NCBI GenBank assembly: GCA_035650735.1
Contig: DASRGZ010000001.1
Location: forward strand, 62,001-112,395
DNA: 50,395 nucleotides
Direction: 5' to 3'
DNA from: Chthonomonadaceae bacterium
GTDB taxonomy: Bacteria > Armatimonadota > Chthonomonadetes > Chthonomonadales > Chthonomonadaceae
Part shown: in pieces, positions 1 through 8,565 of the stretch
Layout: every line of letters begins with the position of its first letter
Position numbering within the stretch: the stretch's first letter is position 1
Translations under genes and position numbers: made by a program
The notes under the pieces: model-generated
Database searches by the model: none
What the model was told of the DNA's origin: nothing
Seen by the model: only the letters and a program-made list of their open reading frames with translations

Positions 1-204
1 GGTATCCACCGGCGGGCAGGTCGGCTGCAGGATATAGGCGTCGGTGCCGCGCACGCTCTCTTCAAACCGCACGTAGTTTTCGCCATCGGCAAACTGACTA
101 TAGAGCATTTTGCCGAGCGGCACGTCCAGCCAATCGGCCACAGCCTGCGCCAGCGCGGGATTGCCCGGCCCGGCAAAAAGCTTCAATTCGTGCTGAACCG
201 CCAT
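1..204 (-). CDS. prs: ribose-phosphate pyrophosphokinase (5' part; runs off the window)
   Basis: Manual translation MAVQHELKLFAGPGNPALAQAVADWLDVPLGKMLYSQFADGENYVRFEESVRGTDAYILQPTCPPVDT shows the PRPP synthetase motifs F(A)DGE and ESVRG.D. Confidence 0.95.
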   Translation of the reverse strand, partial: MAVQHELKLFAGPGNPALAQAVADWLDVPLGKMLYSQFADGENYVRFEESVRGTDAYILQPTCPPVDT

Positions 205-277
205 TTTACCCCGAATCTCCTTACTTCCTGCCGCCCCGGTCTCCCTTCCCGGTATAAAGAGGCGCGAGAAACGTCTC

Positions 278-307
278 AGTATAGCGCAGGCGCATTGACC
301 TTGTCAA
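278..307 (-). promoter_or_regulatory. sigma70-type promoter for prs
   Basis: TTGACA-18 bp-TATACT on the minus strand, about 75 bp upstream of the prs ATG. Confidence 0.65.
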
Positions 308-399
308 CGGTGTTTTGTCCGCCAGCCCGGCAGGGAAGCAGAGGCAGTGGTAGCGGCCAAGCGCGCCTGGCTTCTCTCGGCGACGGACGGTTGGCAAGC

Positions 400-458
400 C
401 CGGCAGGCTGAACCCTGCCGCTGTGGGGCCTGCGGCCTGGTGCCCGCCTACGCGGGCA
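400..458. repeat. palindromic REP-like repeat, family C (intergenic copy)
   Basis: 52/59 identical to 45996-46054; internal hairpins CGGCAGG..CCTGCCG and GCCCGC..GCGGGC. Confidence 0.8.
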
Positions 459-485
459 CTATCTTTTAATACATGCCGCAAGCCA

Positions 486-494
486 TGCTATAAT
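486..494 (+). promoter_or_regulatory. extended -10 element
   Basis: TGCTATAAT upstream of SD GGAGG and ATG 522. Confidence 0.55.
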
Positions 495-521
495 GCAGCA
501 ATGGAACTGGAGGCCAGGCAC

Positions 522-785
522 ATGGCACTGCCCAAGATGATTGAAGGAACCGGCGAGGAGTTGCAAGACTATCTGAAGCAAGCCCCACAAGAGCGCTTCC
601 GGCTTATTCACCTGCCTGCCCAGAAAGCTTCCCCTCCAGAGAACTCGCTCAAGGGGCAGAGCCTTGCGGAGGCTCTCAAGGACTACATAGGCATTGCCGA
701 TTTCGGGGATGCCAACCTGTCGAAGGATACCGGCAAAAAGTTCGCAGAGCTTCCCGCTCAGAAACATCGGAAGGTGCTGGCCTAG
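522..785 (+). CDS. orphan antitoxin-like protein (paralog of 1668..1943)
   Basis: SD GGAGG at 509-513; MALPKMIEGTGEEL..RFRL aligns with MAQPHVFEGTPEEL..RYKV of the antitoxin preceding the PIN toxin. Confidence 0.65.
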   Translation: MALPKMIEGTGEELQDYLKQAPQERFRLIHLPAQKASPPENSLKGQSLAEALKDYIGIADFGDANLSKDTGKKFAELPAQKHRKVLA

Positions 786-860
786 GGCTCGGACGAGATA
801 TAGGCGGAATCCGTGACTCGAATTAAGGTCGAGAGCCGGCCGGCTTTTGTAGAGGCGAGA

Positions 861-1455
861 ATGGATCAATATTCTCTGTTCGATGCTATGACCGCCGTTC
901 GCGATCATCTTGAGGCGGAGATAATGATGCAGCGCGTAGATGTTTCGACGATCTGATCGTTACCTTCCAGACGGAATGGAGTGCTCGCAATTTCGCGTCG
1001 GCCTGCTTTGAACGACTGGGAACGGGAGCGAGCCTGGATCGAAGCAGGCATTGCGCTGGCACTGGAGCCGAATAACTAACCCAAGTTGCTACCTAGGAAC
1101 ACGTTTGAGAGAGAATCGCTCTGGAAACCGGCTTTTGCATCACCGTTTGCTTTCTCGAAGAGGCAAGGTAGCAACTTGAGTTAACTACGCTGCGTACAAA
1201 CGGTTTGCCCGCTACCTTGAGCGCGAAGGCCAGCGGGACGCAGCCCAGCGGGTTCTCGTACGCGGGTGGGAGCAGATGAAAAAACGGTATCCTAAAAAGC
1301 AGTGGGCAGACCAGCGCGCTCTCTATTTTGCCTTCTCGGAGGATGACTTGCCTTCTCACCTCGCTGATCGTTGGCGTAGCGAGCACGTCCAGCCCGCCCA
1401 GATAGAAGAGATCAAAACCGCCCTCAAACACTATCTGAGCAGAAAGGGCGAGTAG
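861..1455 (+). pseudogene. TPR-like helical protein pseudogene interrupted by a MITE
   Basis: Removing the MITE and one TSD copy restores IALALEPNNYAAYKRFARYLEREGQRDAAQRVL...LSRKGE*; an extra in-frame TGA at 954 makes the 5' end uncertain. Confidence 0.55.
1079..1181. mobile_element. MITE of about 103 bp with terminal inverted repeats
   Basis: TAACCCAAGTTGCTACCT (1077-1094) and AGGTAGCAACTTGAGTTA (1166-1183) form a 17/18 inverted repeat; direct repeat TAACTA at 1073-1078 and 1182-1187. Confidence 0.85.
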
Positions 1456-1623
1456 GCCGGATACGGCCTGACCCCACCTCCCTTTCTTGCACAAGCTCAA
1501 GATGGCCGACGATGGCAGACGTTGATTTGCGATGATGGACTCCTAATGAAAAGCGGGGGCTGCGCTGGCTAGGGGTTTCAGGGGAGCGCCGAGCGTCCCC
1601 TGCTTTATCGAGTGTAAGATCGC

Positions 1624-1634
1624 TGTGTTATAAT
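1624..1634 (+). promoter_or_regulatory. extended -10 of TA operon
   Basis: TGTGTTATAAT. Confidence 0.6.
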
Positions 1635-1667
1635 GGGAGGAGTATGCAGCCAGAGGGAGAAAAGAAG

Positions 1668-1943
1668 ATGGCACAGCCCCACGTTTTTGAAGGCACACCG
1701 GAGGAACTTACCCAGCATATCAGTTCGCTCCCCAAGCGGAGGCGCTATAAAGTGACGATTGTTCCGGAAGGAGAGGACGAGCACGAGTTCTCCGACGAAG
1801 GGATTGCCGCTGCGGATGCGGCCCTGGAGAAGACGATTGTTTCCTTGGGATACCCAACAGGGACCGATAACGAGGGGATTGACGCGGACCTGGCCCGCGC
1901 GTATGGCGCTCCCCGTGCCCCTGTGAATGGGAAGAAGCCCTGA
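1668..1943 (+). CDS. antitoxin (VapB-like by position)
   Basis: Small ORF with acidic C-terminal half; its stop overlaps the PIN toxin ATG (TGATG); alternative start 1644. Confidence 0.75.
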   Translation: MAQPHVFEGTPEELTQHISSLPKRRRYKVTIVPEGEDEHEFSDEGIAAADAALEKTIVSLGYPTGTDNEGIDADLARAYGAPRAPVNGKKP

Positions 1944-2338
1944 TGCTTCTGGATACCTCCGGGCTTCCTGCCTATCACAATGACAAAGAGCACGACCATG
2001 AGCGAGCGGTGAGGCTGTTTCGAGGGCGCAGGCGCAAGGTAGTCTACAGCTATGTGCTTGCGGAGTTTGTTGCCTTGGCTCAGGCGCGAGGGCTGCCTCG
2101 TGCTCCGGTTCTTGTTTTTCTGAACGCGCTGTTGGTGCATCCTCGTGTTACGGTGGTATGGGTAGACGAAGGGCATCATCGAGAAGGGATGAGGCTTCTT
2201 GAGCAGCGCCCCGATAAGGACTATTCTCTATGTGATGCTGTAAGCTTTGTTCTCATGCGCCACTTTGGTTTCACGGATGCTCTTACTACAGACCATCATT
2301 TGGAGCAGGAAGGCTTCCGCCGCCTGCTTACCCCGTGA
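1943..2338 (+). CDS. vapC: PIN-domain ribonuclease toxin (VapC family)
   Basis: LLDTSG...LAEF...DKDYSLCDAVSF...TTDHHLEQEGF; acidic tetrad present. Confidence 0.9.
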   Translation: MLLDTSGLPAYHNDKEHDHERAVRLFRGRRRKVVYSYVLAEFVALAQARGLPRAPVLVFLNALLVHPRVTVVWVDEGHHREGMRLLEQRPDKDYSLCDAVSFVLMRHFGFTDALTTDHHLEQEGFRRLLTP

Positions 2339-2469
2339 TCTTTATTTCCAGGTGTCCCTCTTCACGAAGGCTGCCGATCTGGGAAGTTAGCGGGAAAGTC
2401 TAGGAGGAATGGCGCGTATTATCAGAGATTGGTTCCTGCCTTTCTCACCCATCTACGAATTCAACAGAA

Positions 2470-3105
2470 ATGTCGGAAACTCGAACACGTATCAAAATTT
2501 GCGGAATTACCAATCTGGAGGACGCCCGCGCCGCTGTAGACTATGGCGCGGACGCGCTCGGATTCATCTTCGTGCCTCAGACGCCCCGCTATATCGGCGA
2601 TAACCCGGAGGCGCGGAAGATCCCTGCGCTCCTGCCGCCGTTCGTCGCGCGGGTGGCCGTCTGCGCCGATGCCGCGCAGGACGTCTCCGGCCCCGACTTC
2701 GATACGCTCCAGTACTACGCGCACAGCGCGCCGGCGCTCCCGCGCTCCGGCAAGCGGCTGGTGCGCGCCTTCCGTATCCAGGATGCGGCCAGCCTCGACG
2801 AGATCGCCGCCGCGCTCGCGCAGGAGCAGCCGCACGCCCTGCTGCTGGACGCCTATCACAAGGACAAGCTGGGCGGCTCCGGCGAGACCTTCAACTGGGA
2901 ACTGGCAAAGGAGGCGAAGGCGCGCTTCGGCCTGCCCGTCCTCCTCGCGGGCGGTCTTACGCCGGAGAACGTCGCCGAGGCCGTCGCCGCCGTGCGCCCC
3001 TACGCCGTGGACGTTTCCAGCGGCGTGGAGGCTGCGCCAGGCCGCAAAGACCACGCGAAGCTGAGAGCCTTCATCCGCGCCGTCCGGCAGGCCGATAAGA
3101 TATAG
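2470..3105 (+). CDS. trpF: phosphoribosylanthranilate isomerase
   Basis: KICGIT, GADALGFIF, LLDAY..GGSGETFNW, LAGGLTPENV, VDVSSGVE..PGRKD. Confidence 0.97.
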   Translation: MSETRTRIKICGITNLEDARAAVDYGADALGFIFVPQTPRYIGDNPEARKIPALLPPFVARVAVCADAAQDVSGPDFDTLQYYAHSAPALPRSGKRLVRAFRIQDAASLDEIAAALAQEQPHALLLDAYHKDKLGGSGETFNWELAKEAKARFGLPVLLAGGLTPENVAEAVAAVRPYAVDVSSGVEAAPGRKDHAKLRAFIRAVRQADKI

Positions 3106-3118
3106 CCTGGCGAAAAGA

Positions 3119-3148
3119 CGGGCTATGGGCGGCAATTCCCATAGCCCG
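3119..3148. terminator. hairpin between convergent trpF and the cassette; related to REP family D
   Basis: CGGGCTATGGG-8 nt-CCCATAGCCCG 11-bp stem; left arm resembles GGGCTGTGGGCGGCAA at 19025. Confidence 0.5.
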
Positions 3149-3176
3149 CAAAGAGGCCCCATTCCGCTCGCAGCAG

Positions 3177-3761
3177 CTACCGTCCAGGCTTTCCCTGAGC
3201 GCCTTCCCTACCGCCAGCGGGCGGATTCTCCTCGTCATCGAATTTTAGATTATGGTCGCCGTCCTCATCACCGGTGTGCGCTCCCAGCGCAACCGATAGG
3301 TTTGACTCTGGCGAGGGGGTCAGCATACACGTGCTACAGGGTATCGTACCTGGCTCTAAACCACTATCCAGGTAATCTCGCCGAATCTTATTTATAGTGC
3401 CCTGGATCAATTTCATGGACTTTTTTAGAACCGAGCCTGCTGTTGGAATATCCGGCAGGTTGAGCACGTTTGTCGCTCCGTATTCTGTTTCTGCGTCCAA
3501 CAGTTGCGAATAGAGGCCAGGAAAATCCTTCTCCATGTAGCCAAGTATCTTCTTAGCCTGATTCAGGTTATGGTCGTACATGATGTGGAAGAGCCGCGTT
3601 TTGCCATCATGATGGATAGCTGCGGTCAAATCCTGGAAGTGCAGTTGAGGGAATTTTGTGTGATTCTCATCTTCGCCCGTATCAATGAGGATGGTCCAGA
3701 TCGGGAATTGCGAACTCATCCTCTCCATCAGGTCTTTTCGGTAATAAGCTCTAGCTGGCAT
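3177..3761 (-). CDS. hypothetical protein, paralog B of an unassigned His/Cys-motif family
   Basis: SD AAGGAGG before ATG 3761; shares PQLHFQDLT.AI.HDG.TR.FHIMYD, TNVL.LPD, PCS..LTP and G.H..HNL with 3881..4384. Confidence 0.85.
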   Translation of the reverse strand: MPARAYYRKDLMERMSSQFPIWTILIDTGEDENHTKFPQLHFQDLTAAIHHDGKTRLFHIMYDHNLNQAKKILGYMEKDFPGLYSQLLDAETEYGATNVLNLPDIPTAGSVLKKSMKLIQGTINKIRRDYLDSGLEPGTIPCSTCMLTPSPESNLSVALGAHTGDEDGDHNLKFDDEENPPAGGREGAQGKPGR

Positions 3762-3811
3762 AGCGCTCTGTTCCTCCTTTGTTGGATGGGATTGCGTTGC
3801 GGGAAATGCGA

Positions 3812-3854
3812 ATGGCGCCGACACGCGCCGTGAAATGGGTCGTGTCGGCGCCAT
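3812..3854. terminator. 14-bp perfect stem-loop between the two paralogs
   Basis: ATGGCGCCGACACG (3812-3825) and CGTGTCGGCGCCAT (3841-3854). Confidence 0.55.
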
Positions 3855-3880
3855 CCTAACGGACGGATAAGATGGTCTGC

Positions 3881-4384
3881 TTACAGCGGGAGGTTGTGGT
3901 TGACACAGTTAAAGTGACAGCCGATAGGACAGGATACGCTCCAGTCTGGGGCCGGAGTGAGTATCATGGCGCTGCAAGGGCAGGCACCGGGAAAGATGCA
4001 CGGGTTCGTAAATCTCGAGGCCCGCAAGTTCACCTCAACCAGCTCCATGGAGTCTCTTAGAGAGTCGTTGAGATCCGGCAGGCATAAAACGTTTGTCTCT
4101 CCGTCCTCGGTTTGCGCCTCGAGCAACTGGGCATAGAACCCAGCAAAGTTTCTGGCCATCAGTTCTACTACGCGCGCGGCGCGATCCGTGTCGTAGTCAT
4201 ACATGATGTGAAAGAATCGGGTTTGACCGTCATGTCCGATGGCCTCGGTCAGATCCTGGAAATGAAGCTGCGGAGCCTGTCGCAGATCGTCAATACCAGG
4301 CACCTGGAAGAGAATGGTATACACCGGAAATCCGAACCTGCCCGCAAGGTCGCCTCGAGGGTAAGCTGTTGCAATCGTATTCAT
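3881..4384 (-). CDS. hypothetical protein, paralog A of an unassigned His/Cys-motif family
   Basis: SD AAGGAGG; starts 31 bp after the cyclase-STAND gene; paralogy with 3177..3761. Confidence 0.85.
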   Translation of the reverse strand: MNTIATAYPRGDLAGRFGFPVYTILFQVPGIDDLRQAPQLHFQDLTEAIGHDGQTRFFHIMYDYDTDRAARVVELMARNFAGFYAQLLEAQTEDGETNVLCLPDLNDSLRDSMELVEVNLRASRFTNPCIFPGACPCSAMILTPAPDWSVSCPIGCHFNCVNHNLPL

Positions 4385-4415
4385 TGGTATCCTCCTTTTC
4401 GCGGTCTCAGAAGCC

Positions 4416-6992
4416 TCATGGAAACGCCGGTGGCGCCGATAGGACGTATTCTACAGCATGGTCGAGTGTCGGCGGCTCGCCCTCTAATGGGGCATGCGCT
4501 GCTTCTGGCAAAGCGAGAGAGGCCGTCTCCGGCATCCCAAGCGTCCTCTGAGCATGAGCGGCGGCAGTCAGCAGTTCATCGGCTAAGGTCAGGACCCCGC
4601 AGCGCGCATAGAACCTGGCGAGCGCTTCCAGGCAGCGAGCCAGTTGCACCTCCTCCCTTTTCTCCCAACACAGGCGCACGGCCGTGCGGTAGCGCGCTTC
4701 GGCCAGAGCGAGATTAGCCTGCGCTTCCGCAATGGCGGCGAGGGCGAGGCTGGCATGGGCGATACCGCGCGACTGGTTTTGACTTTGAAACAGCGCCAGG
4801 CTGCGCTCAGCCATCTTCGTCGCCTGCTCCAGATCGCTTGGCGTGAGCACGCAGGCCAGCACATACAGCGCCATTGCCTCCGAACCGCCATCGTCGGCTT
4901 TGCGCGCCCATTCGATGCCCTGGCGGGCATGGGTCTCGGCCAGGGCATAGTTTTGAGCGCGCAGGGCGAAAAAGGCCAGCGTGCTGTGCAGATCGGCGAC
5001 CTCGCCAGGAGCGCCGCAGGGCAGCAAGCATTCCAGCGCCTGGGACTGAAACTGCACGGCCTGCACAAACGCGCCGCGCGTGCTGGCCAGCCGCGCCCGC
5101 GTGTTCAACAGTTTGCCGATGCGGTAGGTATCGTTGAGCCGCCGCAGGGCGCTCAGGGTGGTGTCCAGCCAGGCTTCCAGGTTCGTCGCGCGCGGCAGCA
5201 GGGGGGCAAAAAAGGTGACTGCCATTCCCAGGTCGGCGATGATCTGCGGCTCGCCATCCTCGCACGCCAGCATCCAGGCAGCGCGAAAATTATCTAGATC
5301 GGCCCGCATGCCGCTTAAAGCGCGCCCCTCATCGTTGTCATAGTAGGCATCGCGCAGGCTTTGGGCTTTCCGCGTAAAGGCCGCGATGAACCGCCGGCGC
5401 ACCGCGCCCGTCGGCGGGCCAAGACAGTCGCGGGCGTACTCGCGCAGCGGAATCAGCAGGCGATAGGGCCGCTCGCTCGCCGTCTGGTCGAAGCAGATCA
5501 GCGACTTGTCCTGCAAGCGGCGCAAACCGCTTCCCAGGTCGGCCCCAGTACACACGTCGTACACGTCCGCCTCGCTGAAGGCGGTTTCAAACAGCCCCAA
5601 CTGGGCGAAGAGAGCACGGTCGGCCTCGCTCAGTTGGCGATAGGACCACTCAAACGTCGCGCGCAGCGTCCGCTGTCGGGGAGAGCTGTCGCGCAGGCGC
5701 CTTTCAATGTCGAGCAGCTCGGCGTGTATCTCTGAGCGCAACTGGGCCAGGGGACGATAGCGCGCTTCCGCCGCCACGATCTCCAGCGCCAGCGGCAGGC
5801 CGGAGAGCGCGCGGCAGATCGCGGCGACCTCCGGCGCGCTCGCTTCTGTCAGCTTGAACTGGCGATGGACGGCCTGCACCCGCTCGACGAACAGCCGGAC
5901 GCTCTCGCAGGTGGCCGTTTGCCGCAAGGAAGCGTCCGGCGCCGGGACCTCCAGTGGGTCGAGGTCATAGATCCGCTCGCCATGCGCCTGAAGCGGCTCC
6001 CGGCTGGTCACCAGAAGGCGCAGAGCGGGCAGCGTCTCCAGCAGGGTAGAGACCACGCACACCGCCGAGAGGGCCTGCTCGAAATTGTCCAGGACCAGGA
6101 GCGCGCGCCGTCCTGTCAGGGCGGCCTGCAGCAGGCAGAGAATGTCCGCGTTTGGGCTGAGCGAGAGAGACAGGGCCGAGGCGAGGCGCGCCAGCACATG
6201 GCCCGCCTCGGTGGACTCTTCCAGCGCCACGAAATAGACGCCGTCCGGGAAGTCGGCCTGCGCTTCGCGCGCCACCTCCAGGGCCAGGCGCGTCTTGCCG
6301 CAGCCGCCCGTGCCGACCAGCGTGACGCAGCGCTGCACCGGATCGGCCAGATAGCGGCGCAGCGCCCGGAGCTCCCGCTTGCGCCCGACGAAGCGATCCA
6401 GCGGCGGGGGCAGGTTGCTCCTGGGGCTGGGTGGCAGCGCCGCCTCCAGCCAGCCCGGCGCGCTAAGCTGGAAGAGGCGAACGGGTGTATCAAAGCCCCT
6501 TAGCCGGGCTTCGCCCAGGTCGTGCAGCCGGTATTCGGCGGGCAGATAGGGCTTGATCTGGCTGGCCCAGGACTCGGAAACGAGGATCTGGCCTCCCTGT
6601 GCCGCCTCCATGATCCGCGCGCCGAGCGCCGCGTCCGGCCCTGCGATGTCGCCATCCGGCAGGCGGCTGACCGCGCCGATGTGCAGGCCGACGCGCAGGG
6701 AAACGGTCTTGCCGAAAGCGTCCGCGCTCAGCGCGCGCCGTCCCTGCACGAGCGCTTGCAGCGCCGCGTGCGGATCGCCAAAGACGGCCATCACGCCATC
6801 GCCGGTGCTTTTCAGGAAGGAGGCGCCGGCAACGCGCAGGGCTTCCCGCCACAGGCAGAGAGAGCGGTAGAGGTCCGCGTTATAAGCGGCATCCTGGCCT
6901 TCTCGACGCGCCTTTACCCATGGCGGCGTGGAGCTCACTATATCGCTGAAGAGGATGCACAACATCTCGGTTGGGCACTGCGTTGGACTCAT
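4416..6992 (-). CDS. class III adenylate/guanylate cyclase domain + STAND-type ATPase + TPR protein
   Basis: LFSDIVSST, KSTGDG, RVGLHIG, GGQILVS; Walker A GTGGCGKT, LLVLDNFEQ, GLPLALE; C-terminal TPR-like helices; start 6992 chosen because the promoter overlaps the upstream frame. Confidence 0.9.
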   Translation of the reverse strand: MSPTQCPTEMLCILFSDIVSSTPPWVKARREGQDAAYNADLYRSLCLWREALRVAGASFLKSTGDGVMAVFGDPHAALQALVQGRRALSADAFGKTVSLRVGLHIGAVSRLPDGDIAGPDAALGARIMEAAQGGQILVSESWASQIKPYLPAEYRLHDLGEARLRGFDTPVRLFQLSAPGWLEAALPPSPRSNLPPPLDRFVGRKRELRALRRYLADPVQRCVTLVGTGGCGKTRLALEVAREAQADFPDGVYFVALEESTEAGHVLARLASALSLSLSPNADILCLLQAALTGRRALLVLDNFEQALSAVCVVSTLLETLPALRLLVTSREPLQAHGERIYDLDPLEVPAPDASLRQTATCESVRLFVERVQAVHRQFKLTEASAPEVAAICRALSGLPLALEIVAAEARYRPLAQLRSEIHAELLDIERRLRDSSPRQRTLRATFEWSYRQLSEADRALFAQLGLFETAFSEADVYDVCTGADLGSGLRRLQDKSLICFDQTASERPYRLLIPLREYARDCLGPPTGAVRRRFIAAFTRKAQSLRDAYYDNDEGRALSGMRADLDNFRAAWMLACEDGEPQIIADLGMAVTFFAPLLPRATNLEAWLDTTLSALRRLNDTYRIGKLLNTRARLASTRGAFVQAVQFQSQALECLLPCGAPGEVADLHSTLAFFALRAQNYALAETHARQGIEWARKADDGGSEAMALYVLACVLTPSDLEQATKMAERSLALFQSQNQSRGIAHASLALAAIAEAQANLALAEARYRTAVRLCWEKREEVQLARCLEALARFYARCGVLTLADELLTAAAHAQRTLGMPETASLALPEAAHAPLEGEPPTLDHAVEYVLSAPPAFP

Positions 6993-7073
6993 CAGACCAT
7001 ACCTTCGGCTGTTTCGCTGGCTAGCGGGACAGAATAGCCAGGCAAAAGGGACAGGATTGCCCTTCCAATGGGA

Positions 7074-7102
7074 ATCATAACACAAGAATGGCGTTTTGTC
7101 AC
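7074..7102 (-). promoter_or_regulatory. sigma70-type promoter of the cyclase-STAND cassette
   Basis: GTGACA-17 bp (with TG)-TATGAT on the minus strand. Confidence 0.6.
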
Positions 7103-7255
7103 GCGATTAGCGCTAACCGCTCTGCTTCAACGCCCGTGATTCGGGCTTCGTGGTTCGTGGCTCGGAATGAGCGCCAATCGCCCGGCTTCGCCTCTCTCAG
7201 ACGGGCTCTCCGGTCTGCCTACCGCATTTTGGCCTATCGCAAGCCGCGCAATCCA

Positions 7256-7264
7256 GTGTATAAT
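7256..7264 (+). promoter_or_regulatory. -10 element for trpBA
   Basis: GTGTATAAT about 40 bp upstream of trpB; SD GAGGAG. Confidence 0.5.
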
Positions 7265-7302
7265 GATAGGAGCAATCTTTTGGTGAGGAGTGTGGAACCA
7301 CA

Positions 7303-8535
7303 ATGGCAGAGGTAAGTGCGGCTCCGGCGTTGCCCGGCACGATAGCTTCCGGTGTCGTGCCGGATGCGCGCGGGCGATTTGGGGACTATGGCGGGCGCTT
7401 TGTGCCGGAGACGATTATTCCGGCGCTGGACGAGCTGGCCGCCGAATATGAGCAGGCTAAGGCCGATCCCGCGTTCCAGCAAGAACTGAGCTACTACCTG
7501 CACGACTATGTCGGGCGGCCCACGCCGCTCTATCATGCCGAACGGCTCTCGGCCCATTGCGGCGCCCGGATCTACCTGAAGCGGGAGGACCTCTGCCACA
7601 CGGGCGCGCATAAGATCAACAACGCTATCGGGCAGGTCTTGCTGGCGCGGCGGATGGGCAAGCCGCGCATCATCGCGGAGACGGGCGCGGGACAGCACGG
7701 CGTCGCCACCGCTACCGTCTGCGCGCGCTTCGGCCTACAGTGCGATGTCTATATGGGCGAGGAGGACATCCACCGCCAGGCGCTCAACGTCGCCCGCATG
7801 CGGCTGCTGGGCACGCGCGTCATACCGGTCACCAGCGGCACGCGCACCCTCAAAGACGCCACCAACGAGGCGTTCCGCGATTGGGTCACCAACGTCCGCA
7901 ACACCCACTACATCATCGGCTCGGTCGTCGGCCCGCATCCCTATCCGATGATCGTGCGCGATTTCCAGGCGGTCATCGGTCAGGAGGCGCGGGCGCAGGC
8001 GCTTGAGCGCGAAGGACGCCTGCCCGACTACGTGATCGCCTGCGTCGGCGGTGGCTCCAACGCGATGGGCATCTTCTATCCTTTCCTCCAGGATGCGAGC
8101 GTGCAGCTTCTCGGCGTGGAGGCGGCGGGCGAGGGGTTGGAGACCGGGCGGCATTGCGCGCCTCTGACCGCCGGCATTCCGGGCGTGCTGCACGGTTCCG
8201 CCAGCTACCTGCTTCAGGACGAAGACGGGCAGGTCGCGCCGTCGCACTCGATTTCGGCGGGCCTGGACTATCCAGGAGTCGGCCCGGAGCACTCTTATCT
8301 GAAAGATACGGGCCGCGCCCGCTACGTCGCCATCACCGACGCTGAGGCGCTCGCCGGCCTAGAGCTTCTGGCGCGCACCGAGGGCATCATCTGCGCCCTG
8401 GAGTCCGCGCACGCCGTCGCCTACCTGGACAAGATGAAGGGGCAACTGAGGCCGGAAACCATCGTCATCCTCAACGTCTCGGGTCGCGGCGACAAAGACA
8501 TGGATACGGTCGTGCGCTCATTGAGATTAGAATAA
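7303..8535 (+). CDS. trpB: tryptophan synthase beta subunit
   Basis: [17 protein letters not shown] (PLP lysine), [31 protein letters not shown]. Confidence 0.99.
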   Translation: MAEVSAAPALPGTIASGVVPDARGRFGDYGGRFVPETIIPALDELAAEYEQAKADPAFQQELSYYLHDYVGRPTPLYHAERLSAHCGARIYLKREDLCHTGAHKINNAIGQVLLARRMGKPRIIAETGAGQHGVATATVCARFGLQCDVYMGEEDIHRQALNVARMRLLGTRVIPVTSGTRTLKDATNEAFRDWVTNVRNTHYIIGSVVGPHPYPMIVRDFQAVIGQEARAQALEREGRLPDYVIACVGGGSNAMGIFYPFLQDASVQLLGVEAAGEGLETGRHCAPLTAGIPGVLHGSASYLLQDEDGQVAPSHSISAGLDYPGVGPEHSYLKDTGRARYVAITDAEALAGLELLARTEGIICALESAHAVAYLDKMKGQLRPETIVILNVSGRGDKDMDTVVRSLRLE

Positions 8536-8565
8536 ACCACCCGCTACGCTAGAGAAGGAGAGAGC

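Noticed and set aside
954..956. In-frame TGA as selenocysteine or readthrough
   Set aside because: It lies in an already MITE-disrupted pseudogene, with no redox motif and no evident SECIS.
1570..1605. GGGGTTTCAGGGGAGCGCCGAGCGTCCCCTG hairpin as a further repeat family
   Set aside because: Single copy in this window, so it cannot be supported.
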